A stretch of DNA of 64,000 nt from Candidatus Latescibacterota bacterium (GTDB taxonomy: Bacteria > Latescibacterota > UBA2968 > UBA8231), in NCBI GenBank assembly GCA_965223905.1, contig CBDCXV010000011.1, positions 1,568,001 to 1,632,000 on the forward strand, in the 5' to 3' direction. Position numbers and translations under genes: made by a program. Under the pieces are notes generated by a model. The model was not told where the DNA came from and ran no database searches. It was given only the letters and a program-made list of their open reading frames with translations. Of this stretch, positions 1 to 10,034 are shown in pieces. Every line of letters begins with the position of its first letter. The first letter of the stretch is position 1.

Positions 1-1
1 C

Positions 2-1108
2 GCCATCCTGCAGGTTCTCGCCACCTCACCCGAAGGACTGCCTGTCAGCCAGATAGAAAGAAGGGTAACCCAGTCAATCGGGCCGACGCCCGGGTCCTCG
101 GTAAGGTCATGCCTGCGGCTGAAGACGCCGGATACTTTCATCAGGGAGGAACGCGGCGTCTACAGGGTGAGGCCCGAAGTCCTGGCGGATTTCCAGGGCG
201 ATCTTCAGATCGACGCCGAGCCATGGCGGCAACCCTTCATCTTCGGTCAAACGACATTGATCCATGGTGACTGCTTCGCCTGGCTGGAGGAGCGTGGAAA
301 CAACAGCATTCATGCCGTCGTCACCGACCCTCCGTACGGACTGCATGAGTACACGCCCCAGCAGCAGTTGAAAATGCGCCAGGGAATGGGGGGCGTGTGG
401 CGAATTCCGCCCTCATTCGATGGCCATGCGCGCTCCCCGTTGCCGCGGTTCACCATCCTTTCCGACCAGCAACGCGATCAGCTGGGCCGGTTCTTCACCC
501 TCTGGGGCCGGCTCCTGCTTCCCAAGCTCGTACCCGGTGCGAACGTCGTTGTCGCCTCAAACCCCCTCCTCGTCCATATCGTGGCAGGCGCCCTGGAAGA
601 AGCCGGCATGGAGTGCCGCGGCAGCATCACCAGACTGGTCATGACCATGCGAGGCGGCGACAGGCCGAAGGCCGCTCACGAGGAGTTCAGCGATGTGAGC
701 GTGATGCCGCGTTCTATGTGGGAGCCCTGGATCGTCTTCAGGAGGCCCGTCGAGGGACGAGTGCAGGACAATCTGCGGAAGTGGAAGACCGGCGGTTTCC
801 GGCGCCCATCCGAGGACAAACCGTTCGGCGACGTGATCAAGTCCGCCCCCACTCGGAAGAACGAGCGGGCCCTTGCACCGCATCCGAGCCTGAAACCGCA
901 AGCTTTTCTCAGGCAACTGGTCCGCGGAGTCCTGCCGCTGGGGGAAGGGGTCGTCCTGGACCCGTTCGCCGGCGCCGGTTCAACCCTCGCAGCGGCCGAA
1001 GCGGTCGGGTACGAAAGCATCGGCATCGAGAAGGATTCCCACTATTTCGATGTAGGGGTTCGCGCCGTTCCCGCCCTCTGCGCCTTCGAACCGAACGGAC
1101 GCCCTTAG
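2..1108 (+). CDS. DNA amino-methyltransferase (N4-C/N6-A, beta class), 5'-partial, with probable N-terminal winged-HTH extension
   Basis: Motif IV VTDPPY precedes motif I LDPFAGAGST; HPSLKP present. The frame is open from base 2 (AILQVLATSPEGLPVSQIERRV...FIREERGVYRV), so the real start lies outside the window. Confidence 0.9.
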   Translation, partial: AILQVLATSPEGLPVSQIERRVTQSIGPTPGSSVRSCLRLKTPDTFIREERGVYRVRPEVLADFQGDLQIDAEPWRQPFIFGQTTLIHGDCFAWLEERGNNSIHAVVTDPPYGLHEYTPQQQLKMRQGMGGVWRIPPSFDGHARSPLPRFTILSDQQRDQLGRFFTLWGRLLLPKLVPGANVVVASNPLLVHIVAGALEEAGMECRGSITRLVMTMRGGDRPKAAHEEFSDVSVMPRSMWEPWIVFRRPVEGRVQDNLRKWKTGGFRRPSEDKPFGDVIKSAPTRKNERALAPHPSLKPQAFLRQLVRGVLPLGEGVVLDPFAGAGSTLAAAEAVGYESIGIEKDSHYFDVGVRAVPALCAFEPNGRP

Positions 1109-1708
1109 AGCCTGTATATCCAGTTCGAGCGCAGCTTCTTCACTCCATCCTTGTGCAGCGTGGCCGTCCTGGTGCCAAGCTCGCTGCGCGGGTTCTTGCG
1201 GAAGTCCGTCGTGACCACGTGCCCCAGGTAGACCTCCCTGAACGACATCGCCGCCCGGTCCACGGCAGGTTCCCTCTCGGTATCAACGCCATAGACGAAT
1301 ACGCACATCCACTGCTCGCGCGCCCCGTGGGTGTCTACTGCTCCGCCCGCCTTCCGTGTGGTCTTGATCTCGATGCCGTCTTCTCCCGCCTTTGATGGCA
1401 TTGTCCGGATATCTTCCCTGGACGACCAGGTCGGGGTGGCCGTTGAAATACCGGTTCTCGGTCAAGGTCCTCGAGTGCTTCGCGAGACTTGCCGTAATCA
1501 TGTCCGACAGAACCCCGGACATGATTGCGGGGCGAAGCATGTCGTCGAGACGCTGCAGCCCCCTGCCTGCAAGGTGGGCGTTGACGTCGTAGAAGAAGTC
1601 GTAGACATCCTGCATTGCCATCTCGAAGTCCTCTAGGCGTAGCTCGTATGGCAGGTCTGCCTCCGGATTGAAACTGTTCGGGTCGACTTCGTTCCGTTCG
1701 ATTGTCAC
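1105..1708 (-). CDS. Putative type II restriction endonuclease (PD-(D/E)xK), one frameshift near 1391
   Basis: Joining ORFs 1283..1708 and 1105..1401 gives ~200 aa with GHPDLV...GIEIK. It is convergent with the MTase and the stop codons overlap. Confidence 0.7.
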
Positions 1709-1771
1709 CTCGCTTGCTCCATCTTCACTTTTTTTCGCAGGCCATCCTGACGGGAATGGCCGTCCCCACTG

Positions 1772-2878
1772 TCAGCCGGAGCGGTACTGCGCGAGCAGCT
1801 CGTAGTCCGGCTCCATCCCCAGGCCGGGGCGGTCCGGCACCGCCACGCAGCCCTCGGCGTCGAGCTTGAGCGGCTCCTTGAAGATGCGGCCCCGCAGCGG
1901 GTCGACGGTCTCGCGGTAGAACTCGAGGATCAGCCCGTTGGCGATCGCCGCCACCAGGTGGATGTGGATCTCCTGGGCGCCGTGCGGGGCGATGCGCAGG
2001 TCCTGCGCCGCGGCCAGGGCCGCGACGTTCATGAACTCGGTGATGCCCCCGAGGATCTGCGCGTCGGCGTTGAAGATGGCGGCCGACTCGTGCTCGATGA
2101 GGTCGCGGAAGCCGTAGCGGGTGTACTCGTTCTCGCCGGTGGCGATCGGGATCGGCGTCGCCCTGGCGACCTGGGCGTGGCCGCGGTAGTCGTCGGGGGC
2201 CACCGGCTCCTCGAACCAGAAGACGTCGAACGGCTCGATCTTACGCGCCAGCTCGATCGCCTCGTACGCGGCATAGGCGTTGTTGGCGTCGACGAGCAGC
2301 TTGATGTCCGGGCCGATCGCCTCGCGCACCACCCGCACGCGCTCGACGTCCTCGTTTATGGGCACGGCCCCGACCTTCATCTTCACCGCCTTCGCGCCGA
2401 GATCGAGGCTCTCCTCCATCTCCAGGGCCAGCTCCTTCAGCCCCTTCCCCTCCTCGTAGTAGCCCCCGGCGACGTAGGCCGGAATGCGGTCGGTGAAGCC
2501 GCCGAGCAGCTTGTGCACCGATTTCCCCAGGGCCTTGCCCATCAGGTCCCAGAGGGCGATGTCGATGGCGCTGATGATGTGCGTCGACATGCCGCGGCGG
2601 CCGACGATCTTCGGCAGCCACATGTTCTCCCAGAGGCGCCGGTAGGCGAACGGGTCCTCCCCGACCAGGGCTTCCCGGAAGTGGGCGACCAGGGCCTCGC
2701 CGACCGCTCCGGGGCGGGTGGCCGCGGTGCCGCCGCCCCAACCGATCCCCGACAGGCCTTCGTCGGTGTGCACGTGCACGAGGTTGAGCACCACCGTCTT
2801 GTAGGTGTACTTGCCGTTGCTGATCGGCTTCGGCTTCGGCCAGGCGTAGCAGTCGATGGTCACGTCGGTGATTTTCAC
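1772..2878 (-). CDS. Mandelate racemase/muconate lactonizing enzyme family enolase
   Basis: KMKVG, LVDAN, WFEEP, TGENE, APH motifs. Confidence 0.93.
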   Translation of the reverse strand: MKITDVTIDCYAWPKPKPISNGKYTYKTVVLNLVHVHTDEGLSGIGWGGGTAATRPGAVGEALVAHFREALVGEDPFAYRRLWENMWLPKIVGRRGMSTHIISAIDIALWDLMGKALGKSVHKLLGGFTDRIPAYVAGGYYEEGKGLKELALEMEESLDLGAKAVKMKVGAVPINEDVERVRVVREAIGPDIKLLVDANNAYAAYEAIELARKIEPFDVFWFEEPVAPDDYRGHAQVARATPIPIATGENEYTRYGFRDLIEHESAAIFNADAQILGGITEFMNVAALAAAQDLRIAPHGAQEIHIHLVAAIANGLILEFYRETVDPLRGRIFKEPLKLDAEGCVAVPDRPGLGMEPDYELLAQYRSG

Positions 2879-2882
2879 TTTG

Positions 2883-3899
2883 CTATCCCACCTTTACAGG
2901 CAGCACCCACGCGCAGGGGGCGCCGGCGTCGTACTCGGCCGCCGGCTCGAGGGCGCCCCGTCCGTCGATGGCGAACGAGATCAGAATGTTGGACTGGTCG
3001 GCTCCCGAGAGCAGGTAATCGCCATCGGCGTCGATCCCGAAGGAGCGGGGCATCCTGCCGGCCGGCTGCTGCCCCAGCGAGGCGATGGCGCCGCTTACCG
3101 GGTCGACGGCGAACATGGCGATGCTGTCCGGCCCCCGGTTCGAGGCGTACACGGCGCGCCCGTCCGGATGCAGATGGAGCTGCGCGTTCGACTTCTCCCC
3201 CTCGAACCTCGCAGCCGGCAGGGTCGACTCGGTCTGAACCGCCTTGAGCTTCCCGCTGGTTTTGTCGAGGTGGTATACGGTGACACTGCACTCCTGCTCG
3301 TTGTCGGCGTACATGACGTCGAGGCGGGGATGGAAGGCCATGTGGCGCGGGCCCTGGCCGGGACCTGCCGCGGTCTTTCCGTTGGGGGTCAGCCTGCCGC
3401 TGTTCTCGTCGAACAGGAACTGGTATATGGCGTTGGCGCCTTGGACGTGGGGCACGAAGGCGTAGCGGTTGGACGGGTCGGTCGCCACCCAGTGGGCGTA
3501 GCGCTCGGTTTCGCGGCGGTCCGCCCGCGGCCAGCAGGCGGCGCCGTCGGCCCCGATCGGGTGCACGGTGACCAGACCGTCGCTGTAACAGGCCGCCAGC
3601 AGGAAGCGGCCGCGGCGGTCGGTCGCCAGGTAGCAGGGGTGGCAGCCTTCGAGATCGACCTCGCCGATCAATGAAAGGCCGCCGCTGCCCGGGTCGATTG
3701 CGTAGGTGGCGACGGCGATGTCCGACTCCTGCCGGGTCGTCACGTACAGGTGCCTTCTGTCCGGGTCCGTGCACATGGCCGAGCCGGCCGCGCGCAGCTC
3801 GATCTCCTCCTTCAGGATCAGGCCGCCCGAGCCGGGGTCGAGCTCGAGGATCAGCAGTCTCGGTTCGCCGCCTGTTGGGACGTAGACGTAATGGCCCAT
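2883..3899 (-). CDS. pgl: 6-phosphogluconolactonase family beta-propeller lactonase
   Basis: GQGPRHMAFHP, YASNRG, PRSF motifs; ATG 3899 preceded by AAAGGA. Confidence 0.88.
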   Translation of the reverse strand: MGHYVYVPTGGEPRLLILELDPGSGGLILKEEIELRAAGSAMCTDPDRRHLYVTTRQESDIAVATYAIDPGSGGLSLIGEVDLEGCHPCYLATDRRGRFLLAACYSDGLVTVHPIGADGAACWPRADRRETERYAHWVATDPSNRYAFVPHVQGANAIYQFLFDENSGRLTPNGKTAAGPGQGPRHMAFHPRLDVMYADNEQECSVTVYHLDKTSGKLKAVQTESTLPAARFEGEKSNAQLHLHPDGRAVYASNRGPDSIAMFAVDPVSGAIASLGQQPAGRMPRSFGIDADGDYLLSGADQSNILISFAIDGRGALEPAAEYDAGAPCAWVLPVKVG

Positions 3900-3951
3900 T
3901 TTGCGTCCTTTCTGTCGATTGTCAGCGGCCTGAAACGAAGAGGAGGAGCCG

Positions 3952-4326
3952 ATGCAACGCAAGAACATCCCCGCCCCCGGAGAATTCCCCGCGGCCTACG
4001 GGTACTCCCGCGCCGTCAGGGTCGGCGATCAGATCCACGTCGCCGGCACCTGCGCCCAGCCACCGCACGACACCGGGGACGCCTACGAACAGGCCACCGG
4101 CGCGCTGCGGATCATCGAGAACGCCCTCGCCGAAGCCGGGGCCTCTCTCGCCGACGTTGTGCGCACTGTCGTCTACATCACCGGGGTGGAGCACGCCGAC
4201 GGGGTGACGCGCGCCCACGGAGAGGCCTTCCGAGGCGTCATGCCGGCGTCGACCATGGTGGTGATCGCCGCGCTCCTCAAACCGAACCTGTTCGTCGAGA
4301 TCGAAGCCTACGCGATCCTGTCGTGA
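3952..4326 (+). CDS. RidA/YjgF family protein
   Basis: YGYSRAVRVG, DVVRT, PASTMV, VEIEA; RBS GAGGAG. Confidence 0.9.
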   Translation: MQRKNIPAPGEFPAAYGYSRAVRVGDQIHVAGTCAQPPHDTGDAYEQATGALRIIENALAEAGASLADVVRTVVYITGVEHADGVTRAHGEAFRGVMPASTMVVIAALLKPNLFVEIEAYAILS

Positions 4327-4401
4327 AGGAGCGGTTGTCCGGTATGAACGGCGGCGCGGGGTCACAGCCGCCCGATTATATTCGATGTGCAAGGATGCGC
4401 C

Positions 4402-4746
4402 ATGGAAACAGCCGAGCCGCCCTGGGCGATAACCCAGGAAAAGGTCGACGAAACAGTCGCAAGGATCGTGCAGAAGTGTTCGCCCCGCCGGGTCATACTG
4501 TTCGGCTCCTTCGCGCGTGGCGAGAGCGATCGCAACAGCGATCTCGACCTGCTGGTTGTGACCCGGCACGAGGTCGAGAGCCCGCGGCGAGAAAGCGTGC
4601 GGATTCGCCGGGCATTACGCGGCATCTCCATGCCCATGGATATCCTGGTCGTGTCGGAGAGCAGGCTGCAGGCTCTGGCGGACGCCCCCGGACTGATCTA
4701 CCGCGAGGCACTGCGCAACGGCAAGGTCGTTTATGAGTCGCGGTGA
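4402..4746 (+). CDS. Minimal nucleotidyltransferase (MNT), antitoxin-type
   Basis: ILFGSFARG...SDLDLLV (GSx10DxD) motif. Confidence 0.9.
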   Translation: METAEPPWAITQEKVDETVARIVQKCSPRRVILFGSFARGESDRNSDLDLLVVTRHEVESPRRESVRIRRALRGISMPMDILVVSESRLQALADAPGLIYREALRNGKVVYESR

Positions 4747-5137
4747 CAGCCTTCCGCAGTCCGCCGCCGAGTGGCTGGCGCATGCGGAAAGCGACCTGCG
4801 CCTCGGCCGGCTGGGGTCGGGGGAGGAAGAGATTTTACCTGCTCAGATCTGCTTTCACGCCCAACAAGCAGCTGAGAAAGCCCTGAAAGCCGTTCTTCTT
4901 TCCGCGGGAACGGATTTTCCGCTGACACATGATCTCGGGCAACTTCTCGAGCTGTGCGGCCACGCCGGAATTGAGATCCCTCCCGAAATCCTGGAGACCG
5001 ACGGTCTGACCCCCTATGCTGTCGAGACCCGCTATCCCGGACAGCTTGACGAAGTCACTCGTGCGGAAATGAGGCACGCCCTCATGCTGGCGGCCGAGAC
5101 GGTCGCTTGGGCTCGCTCTCTGTTGGACGAAGGGTAG
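4733..5137 (+). CDS. HEPN domain protein
   Basis: CFHAQQAAEKALKA, THDL, YAVETRYP; overlaps the MNT gene. Confidence 0.9.
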   Translation: MSRGDSLPQSAAEWLAHAESDLRLGRLGSGEEEILPAQICFHAQQAAEKALKAVLLSAGTDFPLTHDLGQLLELCGHAGIEIPPEILETDGLTPYAVETRYPGQLDEVTRAEMRHALMLAAETVAWARSLLDEG

Positions 5138-5140
5138 TCC

Positions 5141-5569
5141 TCACGCCGGCTCGAAGGCGAGGAAGGTCCGCGCCCCTTCCGGACCGCCCCGGTGCAGGAA
5201 CTTCACCTTCACCGGCATGCCGACGGCGAGTGTTTCCGGCGCCCTCGGGTCGACCCCCTCGATGCGGGCGACGACCCGCGCCCCTTCCCGCAGCTCCACG
5301 ACCCCGGTGCAGTAGGGGTTGTCGCGGCCGTACCCCTCCTCGGACATGAACCGCGGCCCGATGGAGATGCTCGTGAACCCGGCCAGGGTCCCGGTCCCCT
5401 GCATCCGCTCCCACTCCATGCAGGTGCCGTAGCAGCGCGGGCAGAGGGATCGCGGCGGCACGAAGAGTGCGGCGCAGGAACGGCAGCGCGCCCCCATCAG
5501 CTTCTCCTCGCCGAGGAAGCGCTCGAACGAGTGGTCGTTGACCGGTCTGGCCGCGGCCCCTTCCGACAT
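5141..5569 (-). CDS. Zn-ribbon/OB-fold protein (DUF35 family)
   Basis: CxxC...PP...CPxC followed by OB-fold; directly downstream of the thiolase. Confidence 0.9.
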   Translation of the reverse strand: MSEGAAARPVNDHSFERFLGEEKLMGARCRSCAALFVPPRSLCPRCYGTCMEWERMQGTGTLAGFTSISIGPRFMSEEGYGRDNPYCTGVVELREGARVVARIEGVDPRAPETLAVGMPVKVKFLHRGGPEGARTFLAFEPA

Positions 5570-5571
5570 CC

Positions 5572-6837
5572 TTACCGCCTCTCCAGTATGGTGTAGGTGC
5601 AGGTGCCGCCGGTGCCGCCGAGGTTGTGGGCGGCGCCGAAGCGCAGGCCGCCGTTGCCGGCCTGCCGCGGTCCCGCCTGCTGCCGCAGCTGCTCCCAGAT
5701 CTCGATCAGCTGCGCCGAGCCGGTGGCCCCCACCGGGTGCCCCTTGCACTTCAGCCCGCCGGAGGTGTTGACCGGCATGGCTCCGTCGAGACGGGTCAGG
5801 CCGTCGGCGGCCGCCCGGCACCCCTCCCCCGGCGCGAAGAACCCGAGGTCCTCGATGTGGATCAGCTCGGCTATCGAGAAGCAGTCGTGCACCTCGGCGA
5901 CCCCGATCTCCTCCGGTCCGATGCCGGCCATGGCGTAGGCCTCGGCCGCGGCGGCCCGCGTCGCCTCGAAGCTGGTCAGGTCCTCCGCGGCGTGCAGGCC
6001 GCGGCCGCTTCCCTGGCCGAGACCGGCGACGTGGAGCGGGGCGTCGGTGAAGCTTGCGGCCATCTCCTCGCCGACGAGCAGCAGGCAGGCGGCGCCGTCG
6101 CTTATCGGGCAGCAGTCGAACAGGTGGATGGGCCAGGCGACGGCGGGGTTGGCCTTGGGGTCCCGCAGGAAGTCCTTTTCGTCCGCCCACCCGGGGACGG
6201 GCTGCCCCTTTGCTTTCGCGCGCTGGACCTTCCCCTTCATGATGTCCCCGATCGATACGTTGTACTGCGCCCTGGGATTGAGCGCGGCGTTCTCGTGGCT
6301 CTTGATGGTGACGTTCATCAGGTGCTCGCGGCCGGCCCCGTGCCTGTCGAAATAGGCGGTGGCGATGGTGCCGAAGACCCCGGGAAAGGTGAACCCGGCC
6401 TTGCGTTCGTACGGGACCGCGGCCAGGGCGAGCCCCTCGGCCACCTCCGCGGTGGTGCGCTTCGACATCTCCTCGACGCCGCCGACCAGCACCATGTCGT
6501 AGAACCCGGAGGCGATGGCGAACACCCCTTCGCGGAAGGCGAGCGCGCTCGAGGCGCATGCCCCCTCGGTGCGCGTCGCCGGCTTGGGCACCAGCCCGAT
6601 GGCGTCGGACAGGATGGCGCTCCAGTGCGACTGCGCGACGAAGTAGTCGTTGGTGAAGTTGCCGAGGTAGAGGGCGTCGATGTCGCGGGGGTCCAACCCC
6701 TTGTCGACCGATGCCAGCATGGCGGTGAAGGCATCGGTAAACAGGTCCTTCGAGTCCCTGTCGTCGAACATGCCGAACTCCGACATGCCGGCGCCGACCA
6801 CGGCGACGCCCCTGCCCAGCTTTCGTCTCTTTCCCAT
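5572..6837 (-). CDS. SCP2-type thiolase / acetyl-CoA acyltransferase
   Basis: EGACASS, EVHDCF, SGGL..KGHPVGATG, HNLGG motifs. Confidence 0.92.
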   Translation of the reverse strand: MGKRRKLGRGVAVVGAGMSEFGMFDDRDSKDLFTDAFTAMLASVDKGLDPRDIDALYLGNFTNDYFVAQSHWSAILSDAIGLVPKPATRTEGACASSALAFREGVFAIASGFYDMVLVGGVEEMSKRTTAEVAEGLALAAVPYERKAGFTFPGVFGTIATAYFDRHGAGREHLMNVTIKSHENAALNPRAQYNVSIGDIMKGKVQRAKAKGQPVPGWADEKDFLRDPKANPAVAWPIHLFDCCPISDGAACLLLVGEEMAASFTDAPLHVAGLGQGSGRGLHAAEDLTSFEATRAAAAEAYAMAGIGPEEIGVAEVHDCFSIAELIHIEDLGFFAPGEGCRAAADGLTRLDGAMPVNTSGGLKCKGHPVGATGSAQLIEIWEQLRQQAGPRQAGNGGLRFGAAHNLGGTGGTCTYTILERR

Positions 6838-6854
6838 TTCCGGCCCCCTGTCGG

Positions 6855-8420
6855 TCACACGACCTTGCGCTCCCGGCCCTTCCAGTACCTGTCGCGCAGT
6901 TCCCGCTTGAGGATCTTTCCGTAGTTGTTCTTCGGCAGCTCGTCGACGAACTCGACCCGCTTCGGCTTCTTGTAGCTGGCGATCCGCTCCCGGCAGAAGT
7001 CGATGAGCTCTTCTTCGGAGACCTCGCCGCCCGGAACGGTGGCGACCACCGCGGTCACGGCTTCCCCCCACTTCGGGTCGGGCGCCCCGACAACCGCCAC
7101 CTCGCGCACCGCCGGATGCCTGACGAGGACCTCCTCGATCTCGCGCGGGTAGATGTTCTCGCCGCCGCTGATGATCAGGTCCTTCGAGCGGTCCATCAGG
7201 AAGAGGTACCCCTTCTCGTCCATGCAGCCGACGTCCCCGGTGTGCAGCCAGCCGTTCCTCAGGGTCTCCGCGGTCGCCTCCGGGTCGCGCCAGTACCCCT
7301 TCATCACCAGGTCGGAGCGGGTCGCGATCTCCCCCATCTCGCCCGCGGGCAGCTCGTTGTCTTCGGCGTCGACGATCTTCACCTCGACCTCGGTGCGCGC
7401 AATCCCGGCCGATCCGAGGCGCGCCAGCTGCTCGGGAGTGCCGTCGGCGACGTGGTCGCGGTGGGAGAGGTAGGAGATCGTCATCGGCGATTCCCCCTGT
7501 CCGTACAGCTGCACGAGGCAGGGGCCGAGCTTGCGCAGCGCCGCCCGCGTGTCCTCGACCAGCATCGGGGCGCCGCCGTACACCAGCGCCTTCAGGGAGC
7601 CGAGGTCGAAGCGGTCCAGCCGCGGGTGGTCGAGCAGCAGCTTGATCATGGTCGGGGCGGCGAACAGGTTGGTGACCCGGTGCCGCTCGATCAGCCGCAG
7701 CACCTCTTCGGCGGCGAACGACCTGCCCGCGGGGATCACGTTGAGGGCCGCCTTGGCGACGTTGGGCAGGGCGTAGAGGCCGCTGCCGTGGGAGAGGGGG
7801 GCGGCGAGCAGGACCACGTCGTCCGGGCTGCAGCCCGGCATCATGTCGGCGTAGAAGCTCGACGTCATCGCCAGCAGGTTGCGGTGCGTCAGCATCGCCC
7901 CCTTGGGCTGCCCGGTGGTGCCGGAGGTGTAGAACAGCCAGGCGACCTCCCCGGGTTCGACGCCGGCGTCCTCGAACTCCCCGGATTCTGAGGCGAGCAG
8001 CTGCTCGTAGTCGAGGACCTCCCCCCCGGCCCCGGCGGTCGCGATCACCCGGGGGGCGCCTCCAATGAGCCCGGCGACCTCCTGCAACGGCCCGGCGAAC
8101 TCGGGAGAGGTCAGCACCGCTTTCGCTTCGCTGTGGTCGATGATGTAGGCGAACTCGCGCGGGTGCAGGCGGAAGTTGATCGGCACCGCGCCGCAGCCGG
8201 CCTTGAAGCAGGCGAACATCGACTCCAGCATCTGCGGGCAGTTGTACATCAGCACGGCGACGTGGTCCCCCCTGCCGGCTCCGAGGCGCCGCAGCCCGTT
8301 GGCCAGCTGGTTGGCGCGCCGGTTGAACTCCGCGTAGGTCTGCTTCCCGGAGCCCTGCACCGTGGCCGGATAGTCCGGAAAGCTGCGCGCGGACTTGGTC
8401 AGTAGCTTGCCGATGTTCAT
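6855..8420 (-). CDS. Acyl-CoA synthetase (AMP-forming, fatty acid-CoA ligase family)
   Basis: FYTSGTTGQPKG, YGQGE, GWLHTGD, SGGENIYP, PKNNYGKI; RBS AAAGGAG. Confidence 0.93.
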   Translation of the reverse strand: MNIGKLLTKSARSFPDYPATVQGSGKQTYAEFNRRANQLANGLRRLGAGRGDHVAVLMYNCPQMLESMFACFKAGCGAVPINFRLHPREFAYIIDHSEAKAVLTSPEFAGPLQEVAGLIGGAPRVIATAGAGGEVLDYEQLLASESGEFEDAGVEPGEVAWLFYTSGTTGQPKGAMLTHRNLLAMTSSFYADMMPGCSPDDVVLLAAPLSHGSGLYALPNVAKAALNVIPAGRSFAAEEVLRLIERHRVTNLFAAPTMIKLLLDHPRLDRFDLGSLKALVYGGAPMLVEDTRAALRKLGPCLVQLYGQGESPMTISYLSHRDHVADGTPEQLARLGSAGIARTEVEVKIVDAEDNELPAGEMGEIATRSDLVMKGYWRDPEATAETLRNGWLHTGDVGCMDEKGYLFLMDRSKDLIISGGENIYPREIEEVLVRHPAVREVAVVGAPDPKWGEAVTAVVATVPGGEVSEEELIDFCRERIASYKKPKRVEFVDELPKNNYGKILKRELRDRYWKGRERKVV

Positions 8421-8533
8421 CGCTGGCCGATGCTCCTTTCCCTCAAGCTCCCACATCCGCGGGAGGGCGGCAAGTGCTTGACCGGCATGGAGAGAAACGT
8501 CTTTGTAGGCCCCGCCAAGGAGGGAGCATTCCC

Positions 8534-9724
8534 ATGTCGAAGAAATACACCGCGGCCATCGTCGGCTGCGGTTCCATCGGCCACGCCCATGTCGAGGGCT
8601 ACCGGCGCGCCGGGGTCGAGATCGTCGCTGTCGCCGACCCGGTAGCCGAGGCACGACGCCAGTACATCCGCGAGTACGGACCCCTCGAGGAGTTCGGCAG
8701 CGTCCACGAGCTGCTCGCCGAGTCGCCGCCCGACCTGGTCAGCGTCTGCACCTGGCACCGGCTGCACCCGGAGCCGGTGATCGCCGCGGCCGGGGCCGGG
8801 GTCAAGGGGGTGATCTGCGAGAAGCCGATGGCGGTCTGCATGGCGGACGCCGACCGCATGGTCGAAGCCTGCGACGGCGGCGGCACCCGGCTCGTCGTCG
8901 GCCACCAGCGGCGCTTCACGCGCGGCTGGGAGCGCGCCAGGGAGCTGGTGCGGGAGGGGGCCGTCGGCAAGCCGCTCACCGTCGACAACAAGGTCGGCCA
9001 CGGGTTGTTGAACTGGGGCACCCACACCATCGACGGGGGGCGCTTCGTCCTCGGCGATCCGGACCCGGTCTGGGTGATGGGGGCGGTCGAGCGCCGCACC
9101 GACCGCCACGAGCGGGATACCCCGATAGAGGACTGCTGCATCGGCCTGGTCCATTTCGACAGCGGCGCCCAGATGACGATCCAGTGCGACCTCGACATGG
9201 ATGGGGCCTCGGCCGGGTCGTTTCTGATCCGCGGATCCGAGGGGATGATCGCCGTCAGCGAGGCCAGGGTGTCGCTGTTCAACGGCGAGACCGGGGGCTG
9301 GCGAGATGCCGACCTCGGGGAGGAGGAGATCGCCGCCATCGGAGGCAACACCAACGCCGCCCAGGTGCGCGAGCTGATCGCCTGGATCGAGGGGGGCCCG
9401 GAGCACCGCGGCGCCGGGTACCAGGCCCGGATGACCGTCGAGATCATGATGTCCCTCTACGAATCGGCGCGGCGGAACCGGGTCATCCACCTGCCGCTTC
9501 AGGAGCGGGAGTATCCGCTTGAGCTGATGATCGATGCAGGCGAGCTGCCGCTCGAGGAGAAGGGGCGTTACGACATCCGCGGCTTTCTCAGCTGGGAGGG
9601 GGTCGACTCCGGGCGCTTCGACGAGTTCCGAGACCAGGGCCTTGGGCACCACGAGATCATGATGCGGCTGCACGAGGAGAGGGAGCGGGCGCAGACGGGG
9701 GGAGCGGGGGCAAGTGGCGGGTGA
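8534..9724 (+). CDS. Gfo/Idh/MocA family oxidoreductase
   Basis: VGCGSIG, CEKPMA, GHQRRF, NWGTHTID. Confidence 0.92.
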   Translation: MSKKYTAAIVGCGSIGHAHVEGYRRAGVEIVAVADPVAEARRQYIREYGPLEEFGSVHELLAESPPDLVSVCTWHRLHPEPVIAAAGAGVKGVICEKPMAVCMADADRMVEACDGGGTRLVVGHQRRFTRGWERARELVREGAVGKPLTVDNKVGHGLLNWGTHTIDGGRFVLGDPDPVWVMGAVERRTDRHERDTPIEDCCIGLVHFDSGAQMTIQCDLDMDGASAGSFLIRGSEGMIAVSEARVSLFNGETGGWRDADLGEEEIAAIGGNTNAAQVRELIAWIEGGPEHRGAGYQARMTVEIMMSLYESARRNRVIHLPLQEREYPLELMIDAGELPLEEKGRYDIRGFLSWEGVDSGRFDEFRDQGLGHHEIMMRLHEERERAQTGGAGASGG

Positions 9725-10034
9725 TTACTCGGGGGGCCGCTGCCGGGCTCCGGTGGCGGATTCCGCGCTGCATCCGGCACGGCCGAAACCTCTAGGTCCG
9801 CAACCGGACCATTCCGAATGCCAGGCACCTGCAAAGCGACCTGCCCCGGGGGCTCTCGCGGCAGGGGACTGCGCTGGGGGAGTGTTGGCCGGCCTCGGTG
9901 CAGCCGCTTCTTCCGGCCACGCGGGCGCCGGCCTCCGGTTGGAGAACCTTCCCGGCTTCCCCGCGCACCTGCGTTTCGATGAGTGCCCCCGTGGCTGACG
10001 CTTTCTCCGGCACCTGCAAAGCTGCCGGCCAGCA

